Shown piece after piece: positions 39,301 through 51,210 of a stretch of 64,000 nt of DNA. The notes under the pieces are model-generated. The model searched no databases. It saw only the letters and a list, made by a program, of their open reading frames with translations, and was not told the DNA's origin. The stretch comes from Catajapyx aquilonaris (taxonomy: Eukaryota). Numbering within the stretch: the stretch's first letter is position 1; each line of letters begins with the position of its first letter. The translations under genes were made by a program, and so were the position numbers. Location of the stretch: the NCBI GenBank assembly GCA_000934665.2, contig JYFJ02000031.1, positions 62,001 through 126,000 on the forward strand, given 5' to 3'.

Positions 39301-41287
39301 TCGGGTAGTTCCCTGGCTGCGCCGCCAACGGGCTTGGATGGCTCACTGGAAGACTTGGCAGGAGGAGAGTTTCTGCGCAAGAATTATTCCACCCCACCTG
39401 CCAAACCAGTGAGAAGCCAGCCGCAGCCACCTCCACCCGTGCTGGAGCCCATGGATGAGTGGGAGGCCAAATTGTTTGGCATCCCTGGAAACAAGGCGGG
39501 AAGCACCACAGTCACACCTACTGCCATCACCACGCCACGGCCCAGAGATCCATCGCCACCACCTGCCCCAAGAAAGGAGGAAACAAACCATCATCCAGTG
39601 GTGTCGGAAATCCTGCCACCCAGACTGAACAACGGGGATGGTGCGATTTATGAAACACCCGTCAGGAAGGAACACCCAGAAGAAGTTGAAAAGCCAAAGA
39701 AGAAGGAGGGGATAGGGAAGAAGATAGCCCACCTTGCCAACAGTTAGTAATTCACATTAAGGACACAATTATAAATTGTCTCATTTTACACCCTTTCTGT
39801 GACCTGAATTTCTGTAGTTTATTTTTGCATAGAGAATTTGCTGTTAGGATTCCCCAAATTGTACACTGCCTTATATTTTCCTAGTGATTCCTGTTGGGCT
39901 TTATTAATGACTTCAGCGGCTGGTGCATCAACACAAACGATAGAAAATCACCAATTACGTATAGGTATTCACAAACTGTAATCAGTGATTTTCTCCTTAA
40001 TTTGAGTTGATACAACCAAGCTTTAAACATTTCAGAGAGTAAAAATGTCTTCTTGCATAACTGTTACGAATGTGTAGCCCTATTAATCTGAATGTTGCAT
40101 TAAACAATGAATAATATTTTGTGATCAAGCAATGAATTAGCATAAAGCTGCGTTTACATGCGAGGGATTTGATCAGCAAGATTGCATCGCTGAGCGAAAG
40201 CAGCGAAAGTAACAATCGTGGCAACAACATATTTTCTCTCTAAACAATATATTGGTCTCATTGCTGCAACATTGCTGATCAAATCGCTCGCATGTAAATG
40301 CTGCTTTAAGCTTAAATGTTATTCAAATTGACAGTAATATTGAAGCATGAAGGTGTTAACCTGCATTCTGATAGTAAGGCATTTTCTCTGACATTGTTTC
40401 CTACAGTTCATTAGCATACCAAATATGCTCATCTTTCACAAATAACCAGCAGGGCTAATCCACTCAATAGGAGGTGGAAGTGCTAACACACGCCCCATAT
40501 TAAACGGTCACATTTGGAATCAGGGGAATTGAGACTAATATATGCACAGGGCTAGCGTTGCATTAATGCTGTAAGTGCCCACCACACATTAGTACCAGTG
40601 GTGTGGGACCCATAAAAAGGTGTTTGAGAAACGCCAACCTTCAGCAGCCTTTAATTATAATAGCCTCCCTTAACGCTTTTTGCTTTTTCTCCATTTTGTA
40701 AGGAACGGGAGGCAGTTTGTTCGACCTCCCATCGGCAGGGAAAGGTAAGCATAACCTTGCACTTTCTGTCATGGTTGCTGCCTCAAATTCATTGGCATTT
40801 CAGCTGCCAAAGATAGCCAATGTTATTGATTCCCTTCCAGCATCGAAGCATTTGGAGGAGCCCAAGACACCGTGGACTCTCCATTCAGTGGTGTCTTCCC
40901 CTGGCCAATTGTCTTCAGAAGTTAAACGAGTGGTGGAGGGCGGGGAAAATACGGATCCTGTGTCTTCGTCAACCTCCAGGCTGCCTGGAGAACTCCTCAG
41001 GAAGTTTGAGGGCAGATCAAGGGAGGTGAGTTACTTAGATCTGATCATGAGGAGTAGATTGCAGTGGGGTAAACTGCTCACAGGGATATAATTGTAATAT
41101 TTCATTCTCCATGCAGGATCTCATTGAGATGGTGTGCCAACTACAGGGTTCGGTAGATCAGCAGTCGCGGAAGGTGAAAGACTTGGAGGAGTACATAGAC
41201 AGTCTCCTCCTCCGGGTGATGGAAACAACACCTAGGATCCTCCAGAATCCGTATGTCGCTCACAAGCCACCCCCAACCATCAAGTAA
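36362..41287 (+). CDS. RAB11FIP: Class I Rab11 family-interacting protein (Rip11/RAB11FIP1/2/5-like)
   Basis: Exons 36362-36404, 37722-37760, 37833-37938, 38027-38164, 38237-38403, 38606-38671, 38747-38910, 39277-39742, 40703-40744, 40841-41025, 41117-41287. N-terminal C2 domain (SPTHVQVTVQRAKGLLIKGKHGTNDAFVTIALGKEKFQTSV) and C-terminal FIP-RBD (VKDLEEYIDSLLLRVMETTPRIL). Confidence 0.93.
40143..40308. mobile_element. MITE, Tourist/Harbinger-like, in RAB11FIP intron
   Basis: taaagctgcgtttacatgcgagggatttgatcagcaa versus ttgctgatcaaatcgctcgcatgtaaatgctgcttta; TAA/TTA flanks. Confidence 0.7.
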
Positions 41288-44200
41288 GCCGTGGTTGTTA
41301 GGACAAATACTGTATTGATTTTGGCCCAAAAGGCTATTCAGCTTGTGCCTGAGGCATCCGATTTTCGGGCTGAATGAAGTGCAGCTCAAGGACAAGTTGG
41401 TGAACTGACTCAAACGTGCCTGTTACTAACAACCTACTAATTACTTATTGCCACTGACTAAACCTTACTAACATTTCACGCTTATTTCATACTGAGCCCG
41501 AAAGTCTGAATACCTTAGTACTCAGACCAGCACAAACTCCACAAGTGTCCGAGTTAGCAGCACACCATATTTGCCATACTTATGCATGCAATCTTAGGAA
41601 TCTGTGAAAGCGCAACTACCTTGCCTTGGTGTTACGAGTGGGACTAACTGAGAGAAAAAGGTGTAAAGCTAATGGCACACCCTGTTACAAAGGCATTCAC
41701 AAATTCATTTTTATATTCCCTCCCACTCCACATCTACTTGACTACGACATTTAGGTCCACTTTCTACCAGGACTGCCACATCCTCTGAATGAAAGCGATT
41801 GAGTTTTTGCCACAACACACAGACATGAGAAAGGTAAAACATTTCAGCCCCAACGTAGCAACAGTACGGAGTGATTTGTTCAAGTTGGGTGATGGTTTGT
41901 GGTGGCTGGGCTCATGAGCACTCTTCATTCTATCATGCTTCCTCTTGCTTTATAGTCTTTTTCACCTACTGCAGATGTGCACAACTCTTCCGAATGCTTA
42001 CAGGTTTTGTAAAATTCCTAGCCATGTTACACTTGATGGTTTGGTTGCTTCACACCAGTATGTCCGAGTGATTTTTTCAGTGATGTCATGCTGTGTGGTT
42101 GGCTGGTGGCATAGCACAGTAGATTGTGCAACCATCCATGACGTTGAAATTTACATCCAAAAGGCATTATCAAAAATGTCAACGACACTACACCATGGCA
42201 TCATTGAGGCATGTCTCTCATGAGAGACTGATACACAAGCATTATTTTCCTCTCCTTTTCAGGCATGGCTGATGATGGTGCTATCAAGGATATCCATTGG
42301 CTTCCAGATAGGAGCATGAAAAATCTCGAGAGTACTTGCTCACAAAACAATATCATATAAAATATGGCAATCACTACAGAGCTCATCCTAGTTTTATATG
42401 GAAAATATTTGTGGCTATATGCATATGTGAATAGTATTTTCCTTGTGAATTAATATTGCTTAAAACTGAATCTCTTTGTTTTGGGTCTAAAGTCTCATCG
42501 CAACAGCAGGTTTGTTACTTACAGGATGTTATTACTGGTACCTTTTGTTGGGATGCTAGGATTGTTGCAATAACAGAATTTCAATGATGTTAACAGATGT
42601 ACTTATATGATATTAAAATGCAAAATAAACATCATGAAGTGTATTTGTCTGACACATTAGTAGTGTAGGAATGTGTTTGACTTCATGTAACATGTGATCC
42701 TGCAATGTGCAATAGGCTGGATGTTGCACAAGTAGCTTGCAATTGAGTGTTCCCCATATCCTCAGGAGATAGCAGCCATACAGTATAATACTGTAATTAT
42801 GTACTTGGTTATTTTATATCAATTTTTTATTCAATATAACTTATAACTTATATTTAATATTTTCAAACTACAGATAACTGAAACTGTGCATATTTGAAGG
42901 GGGATACTGGAGACTTGGAGAGTACTGCAGACATAGCAAGCATGGCTGTGAGGAAATCTAGTTTTCCATGTTAGTTGATTAATCAAATTTCATGGCAGTA
43001 GACACTCTACTACCCACATCAACAGTAAATTCAATACTTTCTTCCTGATACAGAACTTTCTGCAGTTGGAAAAAAAAAAACACTTCCTGAATGCTTGCTT
43101 GCTTTTTATTTGATTTTATTGCAGCCTTCAATGGATGAGTTAATTTTTCTCTGAAAGTCCTCTTATGAAGTACTGTACCAAGGTTGGGAGGTGACTTGGC
43201 AGAAGTTGTGTTACTACTCAATTTTCAGTTTGAGTAGACGACAGAGGAACGTACAGTAGGCCTAACAGTTATTTTATGGTTGTCTTTGATGGCTGATGAT
43301 ACTCGTAAGATACAAATAAAAAGGTAGAGCAATTAATGTTTTAACCACAAGGTCTTAATTTTCGTGTGCCTGCACTGGAATGTTTTCAAATGTGCGTGTA
43401 TGCATGCTCACCTACAAAATATAAGCCATTTTAGAGGTGATATTGCAATAGCAGAAATAAACAAAATAATGTGCATTGTTAAAATTGTTAGCCTGGATTA
43501 TTAGAGTAGCAGTAAAATTCATTTACTACAAGGTGCAGGAAACATAGTCACTTCCTTCATATGGCTTATCTACTGATCTGACTGATCAAGAGTTATAAAC
43601 ACTATGTTATGGTATTTTATCGCTTGAATATTTACCAAGAACATGCCCCAGTGTCAAGGATTCAAGGACCAATTTTCATTTACCCTTAGAAGGTGGGTAT
43701 AACTGCAACATCATAATAGTTCAATGTATTCTTTGCCTTGATTTCAATCACTTCAAAGAGGGTGGCATAATTATTTAGGACCACACCACCTCTGAGGTCC
43801 AGTGGATCAGGAAGAGGATATTCCCATATTGCAATAGTTTCTAGGGGATTGTGTAGTTTTCCCATTCCTACCAATGTCGATCATCATTATCACTGAGTAC
43901 AATATTAATCAAGACTAGATATGAAGTCACAATCCCTCAGAGACTACATGTCTATCGCCAGGTATCCAATTACTGTGTTAGAATTATTTAAAATATCATA
44001 CTCCTTAAATTTGACACATTCAGAAATTGGTGGCTTATACCATGTACTTCAGTGTGATATATTTCCACAGGGACATTTTTTGTCTTTGTTTGACACCTTA
44101 CAGACCAATATTCTCTGTCCATTTAATCTCATCAAACAATATTGTAGTTTGAAGATAAGTCCAGCTTATCTCTGACAAGGAAATGTGATATCTTTAATCT

Positions 44201-45953
44201 CCTGCCTGAGTTTATTCCTCTAATGATAAGTCGAGGCTAGGCCTTCATCGTCATTACTCATAATCACGAAAGGTGAGTTCATCAAGTACTATGGCAAAAT
44301 AACACTGTTGCTACTCCAGCTGGGAATAATGTCATATATGGGAACATCAACCTCAGCCAGCTGCCACAAAAAGGGTTGAAACATATGGCTCACATATGGA
44401 AAGGGTTCGTCACTACTTGTTCGAAACAGATGCATATATTCTTTATCATTCTAGCTATTGTCATTTTATCCTTGGCAGGAAAAAAATGTCAATGTAGAAA
44501 ATAAATACTTGGGCTCTATCACTTGCGCACGATATAGCCTACATTCATTTCAGAAGGTTTTTCATGTCTATCAAGGTCTCGTTTTTTGAACAACCAACTC
44601 ATGCGCGAGTTGCACACCACGAAGGGCAACACCGCGGACTGTTGTGGTGTAAAGGTCCATTTCACAAATGTATTGTGAAAATATCATTGTCTGCCTGCTA
44701 CCAACTGTGCACGGGGTTTATTCGTGCCCTAAAACACACAGGGTGTCAGTGTTTTAGGTTGACTTTGTCTGATGCCCACATAATTTATACTCACCCTTGA
44801 GATGAGTTGTCACTATACAGTATTATACACCCTGTAAACATAGACCTTACTAGGTCTATGCCTGTAAATACGTAAGCCAGTGGAGTATGAATTATTTATT
44901 ATGCTGATTACGAGCGAATAGTCAATTATTGGCAAGTCTGTTCGTAAGGTGAGGAGGAAAAAACTGCTGGCCAATTTTCCCCCAAAACCTGTTTTCTTGG
45001 CTTTCGCACCGTCATTTATAATACGTTTGACGGTGTATCAATCAGGAAATGAAGTTCATTCATACTGGTCCGTCACGTAAACAAACCCATACAGGCCCTA
45101 GGGGTGCTCTAGAAATGCCAGCCCCTATTCATACTTCCCAGTTTCCAACAATAGCCATTCATTAGGCATGAGCTGGGTATTTTGATGCATATATTATACC
45201 GACTCATATATGTTTACAAACATTATTTTTATTGCCGCATTAAATAATTAGTTACCTGCCCTAATTTTGTTTGATATGGCCAGCAGTAAAACTCCTAGTA
45301 ATTGGTGAAATTCGCTCGGCTATTAGTCGATCAATTCTTACTTTCCGAACCTGGACTTTTGCATTACGTATTAACGCGACACCGAAGGTCAAGCGTATGT
45401 TCAAGCAGCAATATTCCACGCCAGCCATGTATTACATGCCTAAAGATATCCCCTTAGCGATAATTCGTAATATGTTTTGCTCCATTGAAATCGCACCCAA
45501 TGGGTCAAGCTCTACTTGCTAACACGTCACAAAATCTGTCGCCAAGCAAGCAGTACCAATTATACATACGTGGCTCCAATCCTCATCGAGAGGGGATGAC
45601 CAATGAAAAGAAGAAAAGGTTCCTCCTTACAACCTAGCTCATCGCGTCTGGCCCTATAATGCTTTATAGCCGTCCTCTCTTTTATCGCCATGTAAAACTG
45701 GTAACCCAAAAGATCCGCATTCCGACAGAATAGTAACAAGTTGAACGCCCTCAAACTGCACCACATGCTGTTGCCAGGCGGAATCGGCTGCATGGGAAGG
45801 CTTGGGGGGTCCTCTTATTGTTCAGCGCAAGTGGAGCATGCCAAAGTCAAGACAATTATAGCGACATGCTACTATGTATACTGGTGGCATACCAGGTACT
45901 GGTGCACTGGAGTTCAAGAAGAGTTTATACCCCCAGCAACCACGTTCAAAACA

Positions 45954-46056
45954 ACAATAATCACATGTGGGTAATATATGGTGGACAAATAAGTGTGCTA
46001 GTACACGTGTGTACTGGCACACATTTTTGTCCACCATATTACTCACATATTATTGT
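45954..46056. mobile_element. Palindromic hairpin element
   Basis: acaataatcacatgtgggtaatatatggtggacaaataagtgtgctagtacac pairs with gtgtactggcacacatttttgtccaccatattactcacatattattgt. Confidence 0.65.
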
Positions 46057-47018
46057 GGTAAATGGGGTGAACGCTTATATTATTAGCATTTGATGTTCAA
46101 TGATATACATTATTACCTGTGTGTCCAGACCCTGCATGTTCAATGGACTGTGAATCAGTGCCCACATTACACATATTAAACCAATCGCTACTATTATTTT
46201 CAGACTATACCCACCCTTGTACCTTTTTCTTCAAAACGGGTTGCTGGAGTAAACAAAGCTCAACTTGTCCCCCTCCAACCCACCCTGCATGGGTACCAAA
46301 CTTTGCACCAAAAACACTCAAAATGTATCAAAACAAACTACTTTTTTCTCTCTCTTTTATTCCTCGAGTTTATCACACAATTTTTTCCCACATTCGCACA
46401 TGACGGGAACAATTAACTCAGAGATAAGCAATCCTTTTCGGACGGAGTTGCACACACACACACAAATCCAGTTCAATGTTCGGGAGTCCGCACCAAAGTT
46501 GGCAATATTGTTAATAAAATCTGTCATGAAAGGAACTGCACGGCTGAATATCGGCTTGTTGTCACCAGTCCATCCAAACGATCGGGAGGGTCCGCCTGGA
46601 ATGTTGTAATAAATATTAGCAACCAGAAGGTTATCAAGTCGAACACTTCGTTTTTTTTTTATCCATCTTAAAAGCTGGTCATGCCCTTCATTTTCAAGGT
46701 TATCAGCAAGTCTTCAAGTCCATTTCACTACCTAACAATGTGTCTGCACACCCACGTCATAATATTAACGATAAAAGCCTGCAGGAAGCTACAGACAAAT
46801 AATATCTAACTGCTACGCAGGCGCTTTGGCTCTCCAAGGACGTTTTACCCAACACAAACAAAGCACTTTCTCTTCAAGATAAAATGCGACAATGGCACTG
46901 GCTACTTACATCCTAAGGATATGAGCAATTTAATATATTTTATTATTTATTTATTATTAAAATTATAAACAATACCTGTAGTGTCACAGCCTGTAGTTGG
47001 CCCCAGGAGCAGATGTGT

Positions 47019-47282
47019 TCATTCCTTGTTGTTGTCAGCCTTACTCTCGGCCTTACTAGTGGTCTCCTTCCCTGATGAATTGCTGCCAGTTGATTCCTTC
47101 CTCTTTCTCTCAGTGTTCATCAACTTGGTGACTATCTTTCGGCTATGTCCACTCGGGTCGTGATGGTTGCTATGCTGGTCCACCTCCTTCTTGGACCTCA
47201 TCTTACCGCTATGTCCAGTAAAGATGTGCTTGTCATGGTCAAAATTGTAATGCTCGTACTCATCGAAATGGCTCTCAGACAT
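47019..47282 (-). CDS. NUPR1: Nuclear protein 1 (p8/NUPR1), intronless, 87 aa
   Basis: MSESHFDEYEHYNFDHDKHIFTGHSGKMRSKKE...NHHDPSGHSRKIVTKLMNTE is the arthropod-type p8 domain. The true ATG is at 47282, inside the longer track ORF. Confidence 0.92.
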   Translation of the reverse strand: MSESHFDEYEHYNFDHDKHIFTGHSGKMRSKKEVDQHSNHHDPSGHSRKIVTKLMNTERKRKESTGSNSSGKETTSKAESKADNNKE

Positions 47283-50200
47283 GGCTCCTTTTGTTGTCTC
47301 TCTCTGTAGACCTCTCTCTTGGCAATAAACTTGTTCCAGGTGCTGCTTCGGGCTTTTTAGACTCACTGTGTGAGGGGGCAGCTTGCCAGACCGTATGTGG
47401 CTAGCTGATATAGCGAGGTCGCTACATAGGCGGAGGGGATTCTGATTGGCCAGAGGCTTTTGTGGTGCAAGTGGGGGGCTACCATTGGACAGAAAAGTCA
47501 TGTGTAACCTTTACTGTGGGTGACGAAGGACAGTCCGCAGTAATGTACAGAGTTACGTCATGTTTAGATGGGGTTGACATTATTTTTATGATGAGCGGTT
47601 GCAATATTTGTCACGTGATGTCTGGATACAGCAGATGGCGTTGCTTGCTTATACGTGAGGCATATGTGACGATATACAGGTTATATCGTGTGTACGTAGT
47701 AGCACGTGTGCTATGATAGATTGGAGAGTTTGGAGACAAATGATTTCGGAGTATTGGCCGTCCTTAGCCCCGATGTGAAGTTGGGTGCAAACGTGCAAAG
47801 ACGTAATAAATTGAATGAAATTACCATACGCTAACTTTTTTCACGCCTCAAGTGAAGGTAGAATATTCTCTGCTAATTGTAACAATACATAAGTAATAAA
47901 TAAATAGTAATAATTCTTATTGTTGCTATATTACACTATTAAAAAGTTTGAGACGTCTAGGAGCGGAAAATATGGTAAACAGAACCAATATCTTCGACTC
48001 ACGATTTTTCTTCATATAGTTTGGTTTACCCCGTGCTGGACCATAAATATATTTATATAAATATCAGATATTTGAATTTGCCCATATTTTAATCTTTGGC
48101 TATGAGTCAGTTAACTTACATAGATATTAATATCCATGTGATTATTTATTGTCTGTTTACATTTTTTTTACGATTCATGCTTGGGACGTCAGAGGTCAAC
48201 AAGGTTTTTCCATTTTGCCCAATTAAATCCCTAATTAAATCGCATTTCTTGATATGTACAAGTAGAAGCACAGCCAATGGCATGAGTAAGTCTCCAATAG
48301 TCATACAGCATAATTATGCTCAATAACAATAAGCAACTTTGATCCAAAATATAGACTACTAATAATTTCAGCTGACGTTACAGGCAGCCAATTAATCTGA
48401 GACTCCAGGTCGGGAAGTGTGATAAACAAAACGACGTCACTGGAGCACCGTTTATTGCTGATTTTAATACCCTGACATATGGGTCAGAAAATCTCACCCC
48501 CAACTGCAATGCACCACACTATAAAATTAAGAAACTCTTCTGAACACCGGTATCATGAACCACTATTTCTCAAGCACCAGCATGACATCTCAGAAAAATG
48601 AAGAAGACGCGCAGTGCCCTCCAGAGAGTCGTGACCACGGGTCGTGACCCAACCCTAGCAGTACATTTTATCGGTCAAACTGTGCAATCTCACCCAGTCT
48701 CAGGCCTTGGCTACCTACAATGCACTGTCAGCAGGAAAATGCCAGAGCAAATAATATTTTTGCGAGAAAAAATTCCCTGAGCTGTGCAAACAATTTCTAC
48801 AGCGCCTCGCGGGGGCTATATAAGAAGGCGGTAAAACAATTTTGGGCACTATAAAAAAGTGCATAATGCGATCCTGAAGTGTAATGGCCGGCCACAGACT
48901 GAGGGGCTTCTTGCATGGCTGGAAGGCTGGAAAATTGGGACCACAACCGTGACCCATTTATAAATGAGCCACATGCACAGTATTATATCTTTGTGAATAT
49001 TTTGTGAGGCGCATATGTAACTAATAAATATAAAAATTTAACTAAGTCATTTTGCATACTAGTAATATACAGGTATAAAAGCTAGACCAAAACTAACCCA
49101 GAAATTAAAGGAAGTCTGCTTGAGTAAATAATAACTAATTACAAATATTTATATTCCTGGAATGTGGGGAATACATTATGTCTAATTTTAGGCGGAAACA
49201 TAATTTTAGTTGAAATTAAGCGGTTTCATGCCCAATGCGTTTGTGTTCTTTTGTTCAAACATTTATTACTGAACTGTGCACAAACACCTGATGTACGGCT
49301 AATTACCGCATCTATGGAATTATTGTGTACCAACTCACACATTGCCGACACGCACTAATGTTATGCCGAAGCATGACTCATGAATAATGTAGATATTGTA
49401 TATTTTGCACTCGCGTCATAACTTTTTTTTAAACACTTGCAGGATAGCATGCACTTTGGGCTTCATCGCATGCATTGCATACCATGGCGGTATTCAGCTT
49501 CGCATGTGATACGTAGATCATGTGCACGTTTTATGTGCCTAGTACATAGTGACGTAGCCCTGCCATAAAAGTATCAAAGGCATTAAAACATTTTAACGCT
49601 TCATGTCCGAGAGAATGACGTGCTAATAAATATCTGCGGCTGGTCATGCCGATAATAAACCTGCTGCGTGCGATTGGCATGTAGTACTCCACTATTGCAC
49701 CAACTTGCGCGTATGTATTCACACCATGTGTACTGTGTCATGTACTGTACTTCCCCGTACAACATTTGCAACATATTTCGCTAGAGCATGCAATTGCGGG
49801 AAATGCGGGCTGATCAGGAAATATGTCTCTAATCAGCTGCTCATAGTGGCATGCACAACAATGTTGCGAAACACTTCGTCAAAATGTGCAATATCTCTGA
49901 CAGGATTCATATACCTGTAGATAGAGACTTGATAAGCAACCTAGAATATACATTACGGTACATACAGACACAGGTCAAAAGCAAGCGCGTCTAGGCCTTC
50001 CCGGCCAAGAGAGAGCAGACATCTTATCATGTCTTTGGCACAAATAGTTCACAGTTTTAAGGTAAATAAATTCAGATATCGAGTCATACTAAAAATGCTG
50101 CTGAAAACGCACAGTCAGGCTCCTTTTTACCCGCCAAACTTTGTGTATCATAATAAATCGATTGCCTTCCCTGTAAATTCCTGAGGTCCCAAGGGGCATC

Positions 50201-51210
50201 CTACAAAAATATTTTCAACTGCCCACTGCATATGACCACAATAACGACGGGCATTGATTGTCGGAAACGGGAGGAAACCCACGTGAATACGGAGAGAACC
50301 ATCGCAACTAATTTCAGTTTGAGAAAAATCCTCCGTCCGATCCATGGACCGCGAACTCGTGACCTCCGAGGTGCGGCTTGTGGTCTTATCCCCCAAAAGT
50401 TTGAACAATGTTTTATTCGTACCGCGGTTTTAAAATCCCATGACGACACTACGTGCATACGTGCATCTGTACAGTACATTACACGTCATTCGTACAACAC
50501 AACCCAATTTTACCTTAGGCCATGCTTTTACTTTCTAGATCTGATCCACCGTGATCTGGTCTTTTGCGGCATATGCCAATAACAATACGCTCATATATCG
50601 CCAGCCGCGCCAGCAAATTGCGCTGAGTGTCTGACACATGGTATCGGTGCTCCCTGCCCTGGTGCACTTACTTCATAAATCAGTGTGGATACTGCCCTCC
50701 TTCATTTCCTGTCGATGGTCGTCACAAATTCCTCCCTGAAACTTCCCCAAAAAAGCACAAACACTTCACAGGTGACACAGGAGCACATCGCGCCAAGTAT
50801 CCGACATGTTTACAAGTTGCCAGATCAATTCGTCCGAAGACGTAACCTTCACCGGATCGAAACTAAATTAGTTAATGAATACACTTATGGAAGAATAAAT
50901 AAATACATTGTTAATTAAATTTTATTTATGCGCATACTATTATTTACACATATTTAGCTTGTCGTAGTTTAATTGCAATCTGGCTACCTGAAATCAAGAT
51001 GGCGGCTCACACGACGCAAAAAGCTACGCAAACAACGTGGTGAGATAATTGCAATCAGTTTTAACGAACTTAAATGTTCTGGATAGCGTGTACTAATTTA
51101 TATTATTGCAGGATTGGCTGGTGAACACCCCCATCTAGGTTTTGCAAGCTTGGGAACGTGTTCCATCGACTGCTACGGTATTAATGTATTGAGCGTATTA
51201 ATCCGTCATC

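Noticed and set aside
43686..44420. Minus-strand coding-looking fragments with internal stops
   Set aside because: No identifiable homology by eye; cannot support a pseudogene call.
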